A stretch of 18,094 nucleotides of DNA from an uncultured Deinococcales bacterium (GTDB taxonomy: Bacteria; Deinococcota; Deinococci; Deinococcales; JAAFIG01). Both the position numbers and the translations under genes were made by a program. This document shows, one piece after another, positions 7,214-15,148 of the stretch; positions within the stretch are counted from its first letter, which is position 1; every line of letters begins with the position of its first letter. The stretch is from assembly GCA_964244895.1 (NCBI GenBank), contig CAXTKV010000063.1:5817-23910 (forward strand), in the 5' to 3' direction. Under the pieces are notes generated by a model. The model saw nothing but the letters and a program-made list of their open reading frames with translations, ran no database searches and was not told where the DNA came from.

Positions 7214-7294
7214 ACCGCGCGCCAACCCGATGCACTGAACCGAACTCGCACCTCGAGTTCGCAGGACGGTCATTGCCGTCGAAAGGAGTCCACC

Positions 7295-7807
7295 GTGAAC
7301 ACCCTCGAAGCCCTCGGTTTTATCGGATTGCTGGCCTACATGCTTTTCACACAACTGGGACGGCGCGAAGTCACCCAGAAAAGCTTCACCCGTCCCCTGA
7401 TCGTGGCGGTCGCGATCTACATCTTCCTGGTCAACGGCGCACCGACGGATGGCGGTAACCTCGACCTCGAGATCGCAGGAGGGCTGGTAGGCGTCCTGCT
7501 CGGCCTGCTGGCCTCGAGCTGCGTGCGGCTAGACCGTGCGGGTACGGCCATCTTCTCGAACGCGGGCGCAGCCTACGCGACCGTCTGGGTCTGCTCGATC
7601 GGGGCTCGACTGCTGTTCGGGTGGGCGGCCTTCCACGGGCTCGGAGCGAGCATCTGGCAATTCTCGGTCGCGCACCATATCGCCACCGAGGGATGGAAAG
7701 CCGCGTTCGGATTGATGACCATGCTCGAGATTGCTGCCCGAAGCGGATCTGTCGCCTGGCGGACGAACCTGCTCCGAGCCAGCGATCTCGGGACTCAAAA
7801 AGCCTGA
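7295..7807 (+). CDS. Membrane protein, DUF1453/CcdC-like
   Basis: SD AAGGAG at 7283-7288, GTG start, about 5 hydrophobic segments. Family assignment from recalled resemblance only. Confidence 0.65.
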   Translation: MNTLEALGFIGLLAYMLFTQLGRREVTQKSFTRPLIVAVAIYIFLVNGAPTDGGNLDLEIAGGLVGVLLGLLASSCVRLDRAGTAIFSNAGAAYATVWVCSIGARLLFGWAAFHGLGASIWQFSVAHHIATEGWKAAFGLMTMLEIAARSGSVAWRTNLLRASDLGTQKA

Positions 7808-7819
7808 GCGAAAATGCTC

Positions 7820-7871
7820 GAGAACACTGTCCAGCACGCATTTTGGAAAATGCGTGCTGGACAGTGTTCTC
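7820..7871. repeat. Family A doublet copy 5 (perfect 25-bp inverted repeat)
   Basis: GAGAACACTGTCCAGCACGCATTTT-GG-AAAATGCGTGCTGGACAGTGTTCTC. Confidence 0.93.
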
Positions 7872-7967
7872 CGCACCTCAGGAGAACGTCTCGAGCCACC
7901 AGAGGTTCGATAGGGCATCCCGAATCGCGCTTTGATCGTGCTCCACGTTCTGGGTAGCATTGACCCG

Positions 7968-8456
7968 ATGCTGAACGTCGCGCTGTACCAGCCCGAGAAC
8001 CCGCACAACACGGGCGGCGTGGCCCGCACCTGCGCGATGCTGGGCGCGAGGCTGCACCTGATCAAACCGTACGGTTTCGGCGCGTTGAGCCGTCGCTCAC
8101 GCCGCTCGAGCATGGATTACGTGGCGGACGTGGAGTTGATCGAGCACGAATCCTGGGAGGCGTTCCAGTCAACCCTGAGCGCCGACGCTCGCGTCTTCGC
8201 GTTGACGGACGGGGCCGAAACGGTGTACTCGAGCGTGAGCTTCGAGCGTGGCGATTACCTGCTGTTCGGGCGGGAATCGGACGGATTGCCAGAAACTGTC
8301 CTGGCACAATTTCCGGGCTTGCGGATTCCCATGCCGGGCGGATCGCGCGGCCCACGGCGCGATCACCGCGACCACAGCCTGAACGTGTCCGTCAGCGTGG
8401 CCATCGCGGCCTTCGAGGCGGCGAAGCAAATCACGCGGGACTGGTCGTTACTTTAA
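7968..8456 (+). CDS. trmL: tRNA (cytidine/uridine(34)-2'-O)-methyltransferase, SPOUT family
   Basis: LYQPENPHNTG...RTCA...LHLIKP.GF, MDY, GDYLLFGRESDGLP, RIPM...SLNVS. TAGCAT (7955-7960) 7 nt before ATG 7968. Confidence 0.88.
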   Translation: MLNVALYQPENPHNTGGVARTCAMLGARLHLIKPYGFGALSRRSRRSSMDYVADVELIEHESWEAFQSTLSADARVFALTDGAETVYSSVSFERGDYLLFGRESDGLPETVLAQFPGLRIPMPGGSRGPRRDHRDHSLNVSVSVAIAAFEAAKQITRDWSLL

Positions 8457-8575
8457 GAATATTTAGCGTCGTGGACGGCATTTCACGGGGAACGGGCTGC
8501 CGGAAATGACCGGGGGTTCGGGGGGCGCGGCTGTAGATTCAGGCTCGAGACGAAAGGTTTCATGGAACGAGTCCT

Positions 8576-9337
8576 GTGAACACGGCCATTCTTCAACGCA
8601 TCGGCTTCTGGCCGAAAGTGCTGTCCATCACCGGGGCCAGCATGCTGATGTCGCTCGGCCTGACCAGTCTGGTGATGGCGCTGACGCAAACCGAAGGGCA
8701 AACTTTCGTGATCGGTTGCCTGATCTCGCTGCTGATCCCGCTGATCGTCGCACCGATCGTTTCGGTCAGTTTGTTGATGACGCTCTCCAAGCTCGAGGAA
8801 GCCCGCACGGAACTCGACCGGCTGGTGCACTTCGATGAACTCACCGGTGCGTACAACCGACGCTTTTTTTTCAAGAACGCCCAGGAATGGCTGGGTGCGC
8901 CGCGCGCCCTGAGCGCGCCTTACGCGGTTCTGGTGTTCGACATCGATCATTTCAAACGCATCAACGACCGCTACGGCCACAACGGTGGCGATACGGTGCT
9001 GATCGGCATCGGGCAGCGCTGTCAGCAATTCGGGCGGCACGGTGATGTGTTCGCGCGGTTCGGCGGCGAGGAATTCTGTTTCATGCTGCGCGATTGCAAC
9101 GCCGACGGGGCGCTCCGGTTCGCGGAACGCTTGCGGCTCGAGATCGAACGGGCGCGCTTTCCTTACGATTCCCACGATATCAACTGCACCGTCAGCGTCG
9201 GCGTGGCGAGCGGTTTCACGGGTCTGGGCGGCGTGGAAGCGGTGATTCAGAGCGCCGATACCGCCCTGTACCGCGCCAAATCGGGCGGTCGCAACCGGGT
9301 TTGCGTCCACGCCGATCCGGTCGCGCTAGAACGGTAA
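8576..9337 (+). CDS. Membrane-anchored diguanylate cyclase (GGDEF)
   Basis: Two N-terminal TM segments, DELTGAYNRR, DIDHFKRINDRYGH..GD, RxxD I-site (RHGD), RFGGEEF, ADTALYRAKSGGRNRV. Confidence 0.92.
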   Translation: MNTAILQRIGFWPKVLSITGASMLMSLGLTSLVMALTQTEGQTFVIGCLISLLIPLIVAPIVSVSLLMTLSKLEEARTELDRLVHFDELTGAYNRRFFFKNAQEWLGAPRALSAPYAVLVFDIDHFKRINDRYGHNGGDTVLIGIGQRCQQFGRHGDVFARFGGEEFCFMLRDCNADGALRFAERLRLEIERARFPYDSHDINCTVSVGVASGFTGLGGVEAVIQSADTALYRAKSGGRNRVCVHADPVALER

Positions 9338-9344
9338 AGCTCGA

Positions 9345-9394
9345 AGAACACCGTCCAGCACGCAAATTGAAACTCGCGTGCTGGACGGTATTCT
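9345..9394. repeat. Family A doublet copy 6
   Basis: AGAACACCGTCCAGCACGC (9345-9363) / GCGTGCTGGACGGTATTCT (9376-9394). Confidence 0.92.
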
Positions 9395-9459
9395 CGCGTT
9401 TGATGCTCAAGTAACCGCGTTCAAACGCCGTTCACGGCTTCGGGGGTACGCTTTCGGGC

Positions 9460-11265
9460 ATGAACTCTTCCTTCCGACGGCTCGAGACGAACCCTGACGC
9501 GCCCAAAACGCCCCGAGATTTCTCGCAGTTGCGGCGCTTGCTGGCGTACACAAAGCCGTACCTGACGGCGCTCTCGGTCGCTGCGGTCGCGACAATCATC
9601 GCGAGCGCTCTGGGCTTGGTCTTCCCGCAGGTGATCGGGCGTTTGCTGGACGCGTCCCTGAAACCCGGCTCGAGCACGTCCGCGCTCGATCAACTGGCGA
9701 TTTTTTTGATCGGCGTGTTCCTGGTACAGGCGCTCTTCAATGCCGTACAGACGTACTTGTTGACCCTCACCGGTGAAGGTGTCGTGGCAGATTTGCGGCG
9801 CGGCCTGTACGCGCACCTGCTGTCCCTCAGCCCAAAGTTTTTTGAATCCCGCAAAACCGGCGAGATCGTGTCGCGCCTCGCCTCCGATGCCAGCACCGTG
9901 CAGGGCGTGGTTTCGGGATCGCTGGCGCAACTTTTATCGCAGACGCTGACGCTGATCGGTGGCGTGGCCGTGCTGTTCGTGACCAACTGGCGGTTGGCAG
10001 CATTGATGATTTCCGTCGTGCCGGTGGTGGTACTGATCGCGTCGTTCTTCGGGCGGCGGTTGCGCGGCATCAGCCGCGAGGTTCAGGATCGCATCGCGGA
10101 CGCGAATTCCAGCGCCGAGGAAGCCATCGCGGGCATCCGCGTGGTGCAGTCCTTCACGGCGGAACGCGTCGAATCCGCGCGCTACGGCAGTTTGATCAAC
10201 GCGTCCTTCCTGGCGGCTCTGCGTCGCGGTCGCTTCCGTGCGGCCTTCGGCCCGAGCGTAGGCTTCGCGATGTTCAGCGCGATCTCGGCGGTGATGTGGT
10301 ACGGCGGTCGGCAGGTGCTCGAGGGTGCGCTGTCCATCGGGCAATTGACCAGCTTTCTGATTTACACGCTGATGATTGCGGGTTCCATCGCGTCGTTCAC
10401 GGGTTTGTACAGCCAGTTCCAGGAGGCGTTGGGCGCGTCCAGTCGGATCTTCGAGCTGCTGGACACCAAGACGGATCTGACGGAGCCCTCGACGCCCGCG
10501 AAACTCGAGCAGGTCGCGGGGCGCGTGACCTTCGAGCGCGTGTCCTTCCGGTACGGCGACCGTGGCGATTCCGACATCCTTTCCGACATCAGCCTGGAGG
10601 CCAGACCCGGCGAGGTGATCGCGCTGGTCGGGCCATCCGGCGCAGGCAAAAGCACGCTGGTCTCGCTGATCCCGCGCTTCTACGACGCGACCGAAGGGCG
10701 CATCCTGATCGATGGTCAGGACGTGCGCGAGGTTTCCACCGACGCCCTGCGCGCCAACATCGGCATCGTGCCGCAAGAGACGCAGCTTTTTAGCGGTACG
10801 ATTCTCGAGAACATCCGCTACGGTCGCCCGGACGCCAGCGAAACCGAAGTCCTGGATGCCGCGAAAGCCGCGAACGCCTTCGATTTCATCCAGAGCTTCC
10901 CCGATCAATTCCAGACCGTCGTGGGCGAGCGCGGCGTCAAGCTCTCCGGCGGGCAGCGCCAACGCGTGGCGATTGCCAGAGCCATCCTCAAGAACCCGCG
11001 CATCCTGATTCTGGACGAGGCGACCAGCGCGCTGGATTCCGAATCCGAATCGTTGGTGCAAGAAGCGTTGGAACGGTTGATGCAGAAGCGCACGACCTTC
11101 GTGATCGCGCACCGATTGTCCACCATCCGCAACGCCGACCGGATCGTTGTCCTCGAGAACGGACGCGTCCTGGAAGTCGGCACGCACGAGGCGCTGATCA
11201 CCAAAGGTGGCCTGTACCGCGACCTGTACGAGCTGCAATTTCGCGAGAACGCCGTGGTGAATTAA
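9460..11265 (+). CDS. ABC exporter, fused permease/ATP-binding (MsbA/Sav1866-like)
   Basis: N-terminal 6-TM domain, Walker A GPSGAGKST, signature LSGGQRQR, Walker B ILILDEATSALD, IAHRLST. TACGCT (9447-9452) 7 nt before the ATG. Confidence 0.95.
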   Translation: MNSSFRRLETNPDAPKTPRDFSQLRRLLAYTKPYLTALSVAAVATIIASALGLVFPQVIGRLLDASLKPGSSTSALDQLAIFLIGVFLVQALFNAVQTYLLTLTGEGVVADLRRGLYAHLLSLSPKFFESRKTGEIVSRLASDASTVQGVVSGSLAQLLSQTLTLIGGVAVLFVTNWRLAALMISVVPVVVLIASFFGRRLRGISREVQDRIADANSSAEEAIAGIRVVQSFTAERVESARYGSLINASFLAALRRGRFRAAFGPSVGFAMFSAISAVMWYGGRQVLEGALSIGQLTSFLIYTLMIAGSIASFTGLYSQFQEALGASSRIFELLDTKTDLTEPSTPAKLEQVAGRVTFERVSFRYGDRGDSDILSDISLEARPGEVIALVGPSGAGKSTLVSLIPRFYDATEGRILIDGQDVREVSTDALRANIGIVPQETQLFSGTILENIRYGRPDASETEVLDAAKAANAFDFIQSFPDQFQTVVGERGVKLSGGQRQRVAIARAILKNPRILILDEATSALDSESESLVQEALERLMQKRTTFVIAHRLSTIRNADRIVVLENGRVLEVGTHEALITKGGLYRDLYELQFRENAVVN

Positions 11266-11310
11266 GACCGTCTGGGACGGTGTTCCCGAAACACTGTCCC
11301 AGACGGTGTT
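11264..11310. repeat. Family A copy 7: two inverted near-monomers
   Basis: AAGACCGT-CTGGG-ACGGTGTT (11264-11284) and AACACTGT-CCCAG-ACGGTGTT (11290-11310). Overlaps the TAA stop and is followed by CTCGAG. Confidence 0.85.
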
Positions 11311-11395
11311 CTCGAGATTCGGTCATTGATTGGACTCGAGAGATACGCCATTCAGCACACGTCTGACGCGCCACCAGCACCTATCCTCAGTGAAC

Positions 11396-12019
11396 GTGGA
11401 CACGACGAACGAACACGCCAATCCCAGCATTTTCCCGTGGTGGCCGAGGACAGTTCCAAAAAAGAAACTGCGCGGTCAACGCCGTTTTGCGATGCTCAAG
11501 GACTGGCGCAAACGAGAACTGGGACTCGATCTCGAGCGGTTGAAAACGCACCACTACGATCACGCAAAAATCCCGATGACGCCGTGGGATTACAGCGCCA
11601 AGCGAAGAATCCCGAGCCTTCGGTGGCAACGACGTATCGTCGCAGCCCTGGTCGATATCCACGATGCGTGGTTCGCGCAGCTCAGTCAACTCGGCGAGCC
11701 GTTCTACCTGGCCATCTGGGTGTTCCTGCCGGACTTTAGCAATTCTCAGGTTGTGGCGAGCGTCCGTGGACGCCTTCACTACTACGACGAAACGTTCGAG
11801 GCTGGGATCGGGAAACCGTTTCCGGCGCATCTCGAGCCTGGCGACTTGAAGTGGACGCACAGGTTCGAGTTGGAGTACCAAAGCGTCGAGCATGACTTCC
11901 CGCATCTGCCTGGGGATGACGTTCGTTCCATCAAGAAAAATGCGTCTTATATCCAGGAATCCGAGGGAGATACCCTGTACTGGGTTCGACGGAATCACGT
12001 CTGGGTTGGCAAAAAGTAA
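11396..12019 (+). CDS. Hypothetical protein (Trp/aromatic-rich, soluble)
   Basis: Long ORF with protein-like blocks (KKKLRG, EPFYLAIWVF.P.F..SQVV). TATCCT (11382-11387) 8 nt before GTG 11396 suggests this start rather than 11330. Confidence 0.7.
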   Translation: MDTTNEHANPSIFPWWPRTVPKKKLRGQRRFAMLKDWRKRELGLDLERLKTHHYDHAKIPMTPWDYSAKRRIPSLRWQRRIVAALVDIHDAWFAQLSQLGEPFYLAIWVFLPDFSNSQVVASVRGRLHYYDETFEAGIGKPFPAHLEPGDLKWTHRFELEYQSVEHDFPHLPGDDVRSIKKNASYIQESEGDTLYWVRRNHVWVGKK

Positions 12020-12050
12020 ACCCGACTGGCAAAATCCTCTCAGGCTCGAT

Positions 12051-12096
12051 AACACCGTCCCACACGCATTCCCGCAACCACGTACCAGACGGTGCT
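12051..12096. repeat. Family A degenerate doublet copy 8
   Basis: AACACCGT-CCCAC-ACGC (12051-12067) ... ACGT-ACCAG-ACGGTGCT (12080-12096), followed by CTCGAG. Confidence 0.75.
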
Positions 12097-12112
12097 CTCG
12101 AGATTTCAACCC

Positions 12113-12164
12113 TTATCCACACCTTTACCCACAGGTTGCAGGGTGTGGACAAGCCTGTGGAGAA
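12113..12164. promoter_or_regulatory. Cluster of four DnaA boxes
   Basis: TTATCCACA (12113-12121, perfect), TTACCCACA (12125-12133), TGTGGACAA (12144-12152), TGTGGAGAA (12156-12164). Confidence 0.75.
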
Positions 12165-12171
12165 CGATTGT

Positions 12172-14466
12172 TCAGACGCGCAGATGCGCGACCGTCACGC
12201 CGTGACCGCCCTCGTAGGGTTGGGCGTCGTGGAAGGATTCGACGCGCTTGTCAGTCTTCAGGTAATCGCGGATCACGCGGCGCAGCACGCCTTCGCCCTT
12301 GCCGTGCAGGATGCGGACGGGGGATTCCTTGAGGGCTTGCGCCTCGAGCACGAAGTTCCGCACGGCGTCCACGGCTTCCTCGACGCTCTGGCCGCGCAGG
12401 TTGATCTCACGGTCAAAGCTGGATGAAGACGTCGAGAGCGGCGTTTTGGTGGCGGTAGATGCGCTCCGTTTCAACCGCACGTCGCGGCGTTTGAGCGTGA
12501 CTTTCAAAAGCCCCATCTGCACGATCACGTCGTCGCCGCGCAATTCCAGAACCGTGCCGGAGGCGTTGTAGGCGGGCACGTCCACGCTCGCGCCGGGTTT
12601 TAAGGGGTCGGGTTCGCGCTGGACGGCGCTCGTCTGGGGGCGTTCGGCCTGGGATGCGCGGCGCAGTTCGCGCAACTCGTTCAGGACTTTGGGGCGTTCG
12701 TAATCGTCGCGGGCGCGCGTCTTGAGTTGGCGCACCTGCTCGAAGGCGTCCTTGTACAACGATTCCGCTTGCTCCATGGCGCGGGCGATCAGCGCGTTTT
12801 TCTCGAGTTCCAGCTTGTTGCGTTCCTCGCGCAGGGTCTGCATCTCTCGCTCGGTGGCTTCGCGGGCTTCACGCGCCAGGGCGGTATCCAGGGCGAAGGC
12901 TTCGCGCTCGCGCTCCAGGTTCTCGAGGAGGCGTTCCACGTTCTGCCCGTCCGGCCCGAGCACATGTTCGGCGCGGGTCAGAACCGCTTCGGGAAAGCCC
13001 AACCTTCTGGCGATGGCGAGCGCGTAAGACCGACCGGGTTGACCGACGATCAGTTTGTACGTCGGCGCGAGGTGGGTCAGGTCGAAACCCATCGAGGCGT
13101 TCTGCACGTCCTCTCGCTCGAAGGCGAAGACTTTCAAGGGCGAGAGGTGGCTCGTGACCACGCCCCGAGCGCCCGTCTCGAGCAGGCGTTCCAGGATGGC
13201 CTGCGAGAGCGCTGCGCCCTCAGAGGGGTCGGTGCCGGAACCGAGTTCGTCAATCAAAACGAGCGTCATGTCGGACGCCCGATCTAAAATGCTCTGAATG
13301 TTCCGCAGGTGCGCGGCGAAGGTCGAAAGGCTGGCCTCGATGCTCTGACCGTCGCCGACATCCACCAGGATATCGTCCAGCACGGGCAGTTTGGCGCGGG
13401 ACGCTTTGACGTACAGGCCGCATTGCATCATCGCGCAGGCCAGGCCCAAGGATTTGAGCGTGACCGTTTTGCCGCCCATGTTGGGGCCGGTGACGAGCAG
13501 CAAGCGGCGGTTCTGATCTAAGGTCAGGTCGTTGGGGACGCAGTTTTCGATCAGCGGGTGCGCCATGTTTTCCAGCGCGAAATCCCCGCCGCGCTCCCTT
13601 GAACTGGGCACGATCTCCGGGCGGTTCAGGTTCCATTCGCGGGTCAGCGCGGCTTTGGCGGCGATCAGATCCAACTCGGTGACGGCGTCAAGCGTGTCCC
13701 ACAGGCCGGGTTCCTCGCTGACCATGCGGGTCAGTTCCAGGAGAATCCGCGCGACTTCCTGCTCTTCTTCGATCAATAATTTGGCCAGTTCGTTGTTCAG
13801 GGGCACGACGGCGGCGGGTTCCATGAAGACCGTCTGCTGGGAACTGGACGTGTCCACCACGATGCCGGGAACCTGATTTTCGAAGCTCGCCTTGACGGGA
13901 ATCACGTAGCGGTCGCGGCGCACGGTCACGATCCTGTCCTGAATCGCGTCGCTCTGCCGATCCAGGATCGCGGTCAGCTTGTCGCGGATTTCGCTGCGCA
14001 GCGGATCCAGGCGGCGGCGGATGGTGCGGAGTCTCGGCGTGGCGTCGTCGCGCACGCTGCCGTCGCGGTTCAATCGTTCCAGTATCGTGCGGGTCAGCAC
14101 GACGTGCGTGCCGATGCGCTCGGCGATCTCGAGCAAAGGCCCCATGGAATGCTGCGCGACGCTGCGCCGCAGGGTCATGGCGGAATCGAGGGTGTAGGCG
14201 ACCTCCAGGAGCTCAGAGCCCGAGACCATCTGTCCGTCGGCCAGTTTGGCGACGACGTGGCGGATGTCGGTGATGCCGCCCAGGTTCAGGCTCGCGCCGA
14301 ACAGCGCGTCCTCGAGCTGGTCGAGTTTGACGCTGATGCTGGTCGGGTCGGATTCCGGCTCGAGGCTCAGACAGCGTTCGCGCCCCATGTTCGTCGCGGA
14401 TCGTTGGGACAGTGCCTCGCGCACGCGATCGAACTCGAGCGTGGAGAGGGCACGCGAGGAAATCAC
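12172..14466 (-). CDS. mutS2: MutS2 (ATPase + coiled coil + KOW + Smr)
   Basis: LEFDRV N-terminus, TGPNMGGKTV P-loop, SLSTFAAH, LIDELGSGTDP.EG, G.PGRSYA, C-terminal Smr INLRG...ILHGKGEG.LR...GG.GVT. TATACT (14473-14478, minus) 6 nt before the GTG. Confidence 0.96.
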   Translation of the reverse strand: MISSRALSTLEFDRVREALSQRSATNMGRERCLSLEPESDPTSISVKLDQLEDALFGASLNLGGITDIRHVVAKLADGQMVSGSELLEVAYTLDSAMTLRRSVAQHSMGPLLEIAERIGTHVVLTRTILERLNRDGSVRDDATPRLRTIRRRLDPLRSEIRDKLTAILDRQSDAIQDRIVTVRRDRYVIPVKASFENQVPGIVVDTSSSQQTVFMEPAAVVPLNNELAKLLIEEEQEVARILLELTRMVSEEPGLWDTLDAVTELDLIAAKAALTREWNLNRPEIVPSSRERGGDFALENMAHPLIENCVPNDLTLDQNRRLLLVTGPNMGGKTVTLKSLGLACAMMQCGLYVKASRAKLPVLDDILVDVGDGQSIEASLSTFAAHLRNIQSILDRASDMTLVLIDELGSGTDPSEGAALSQAILERLLETGARGVVTSHLSPLKVFAFEREDVQNASMGFDLTHLAPTYKLIVGQPGRSYALAIARRLGFPEAVLTRAEHVLGPDGQNVERLLENLEREREAFALDTALAREAREATEREMQTLREERNKLELEKNALIARAMEQAESLYKDAFEQVRQLKTRARDDYERPKVLNELRELRRASQAERPQTSAVQREPDPLKPGASVDVPAYNASGTVLELRGDDVIVQMGLLKVTLKRRDVRLKRSASTATKTPLSTSSSSFDREINLRGQSVEEAVDAVRNFVLEAQALKESPVRILHGKGEGVLRRVIRDYLKTDKRVESFHDAQPYEGGHGVTVAHLRV

Positions 14467-14596
14467 GCGTCAAGTATAGGCGGCGTTTTCGCGTGACATA
14501 TGCGCTCAACGGCTTATTTCGGGCAACGGTTACTGTCTACACCTGAATTCGTCAAAATAATTACGTTTCAGCACGATCGGTTTGCGCCACCTTGCG

Positions 14597-14656
14597 AGAA
14601 GACCGTCCTGGACGCTCTTTTTGAATACGCAAAATACGCGTGCTGGACGGTCTTCT
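14597..14656. repeat. Family A doublet copy 9 between divergent genes
   Basis: AGAAGACCGT-CCTGG-ACGC (14597-14615) / GCGT-GCTGG-ACGGTCTTCT (14638-14656). Confidence 0.85.
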
Positions 14657-14702
14657 GCATCGTCCCTTTCGCGTTTCCAGGCTGGCGATTACGATGCACG
14701 GC

Positions 14703-15065
14703 ATGAAGGATCACGAACTCGAGGCGTACATCGTCTTCACCGAACCGCTCGAGGTTAAACGCGTTCAGCGCGCGCTGGACGCGTTCAATGGGTTGACGCA
14801 CGAACTCTACCCATCCGAGACGCCAGATTTTATCCGCGCGGCGCGTCTGTCCGGCGATCAGGACGCAAAAACCGTGCTGGACGCCCTGCGCACCCGATTG
14901 ATGGGCAACCAATTGCGCTGGCTCGAGATCGGATTGCGCGGGTACGGCATCATCAAGGGCAAACGCGAGTACAAACCGTGGCGGCGCAACGCGTACCTGA
15001 GCCTGGAATTGCTGGAATCGCTCGAGCGCCTCGAACCGGAAGTGCGCTATCACGCGCCGTCGTGA
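14703..15065 (+). CDS. Hypothetical protein (120 aa)
   Basis: TACGAT (14690-14695) 7 nt before ATG 14703. Typical codon usage. No family recognised. Confidence 0.75.
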   Translation: MKDHELEAYIVFTEPLEVKRVQRALDAFNGLTHELYPSETPDFIRAARLSGDQDAKTVLDALRTRLMGNQLRWLEIGLRGYGIIKGKREYKPWRRNAYLSLELLESLERLEPEVRYHAPS

Positions 15066-15148
15066 TTGTCACGCGTTCTGATTGTGAAGGTCACGCGTTC
15101 CGGTCGTGATGGTCACGCGTTCTGATCGTGATGATCGCGCGCGTCTGA
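15061..15148. repeat. 22-bp tandem repeat (3 good units + 1 degenerate)
   Basis: CGTGATTGTCACGCGTTCTGAT / TGTGAAGGTCACGCGTTCCGGT / CGTGATGGTCACGCGTTCTGAT / CGTGATGATCGCGCGCGTCTGA. Confidence 0.88.

Noticed and set aside
7241..7280. Two small hairpins (CGAACTCG/CGAGTTCG and GACGG/CCGTC) between marR and the membrane gene
   Set aside because: Short GC stems without a U-tract that do not sequester the SD. Plausible by chance, with no recognisable RNA family.
12113..12164. oriC
   Set aside because: Only four boxes, no AT-rich unwinding region, a very short gap and no dnaA/dnaN or other origin-linked genes. Kept as a non-origin cluster.
13374..13384. CGTCCAGCACG inside mutS2, and ACCGTGCTGGACGC at 14871-14884 inside a hypothetical gene
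   Set aside because: Single half-sites without a partner arm. They are explained by common Val-Leu-Asp codons (GTG CTG GAC).
12172..14466. Functional link between MutS2 (collided-ribosome/anti-recombination factor) and the stop-proximal hairpins
   Set aside because: Only co-location. The repeats appear to be dispersed irrespective of gene function, so nothing in the sequence ties them to mutS2.
14544..14570. AT-rich imperfect dyad TGAATTCGTCAAAATAATTACGTTTCA upstream of mutS2 as a radiation/desiccation response (DdrO) motif
   Set aside because: Symmetry is weak and I cannot match it convincingly to the 17-bp RDRM consensus. A PWM scan would be needed.
15061..15148. 22-bp array as CRISPR or CRP sites
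   Set aside because: Units are contiguous without spacers, and the dyad spacing is N3, not the N6 of CRP/FNR (TGTGA-N6-TCACA).
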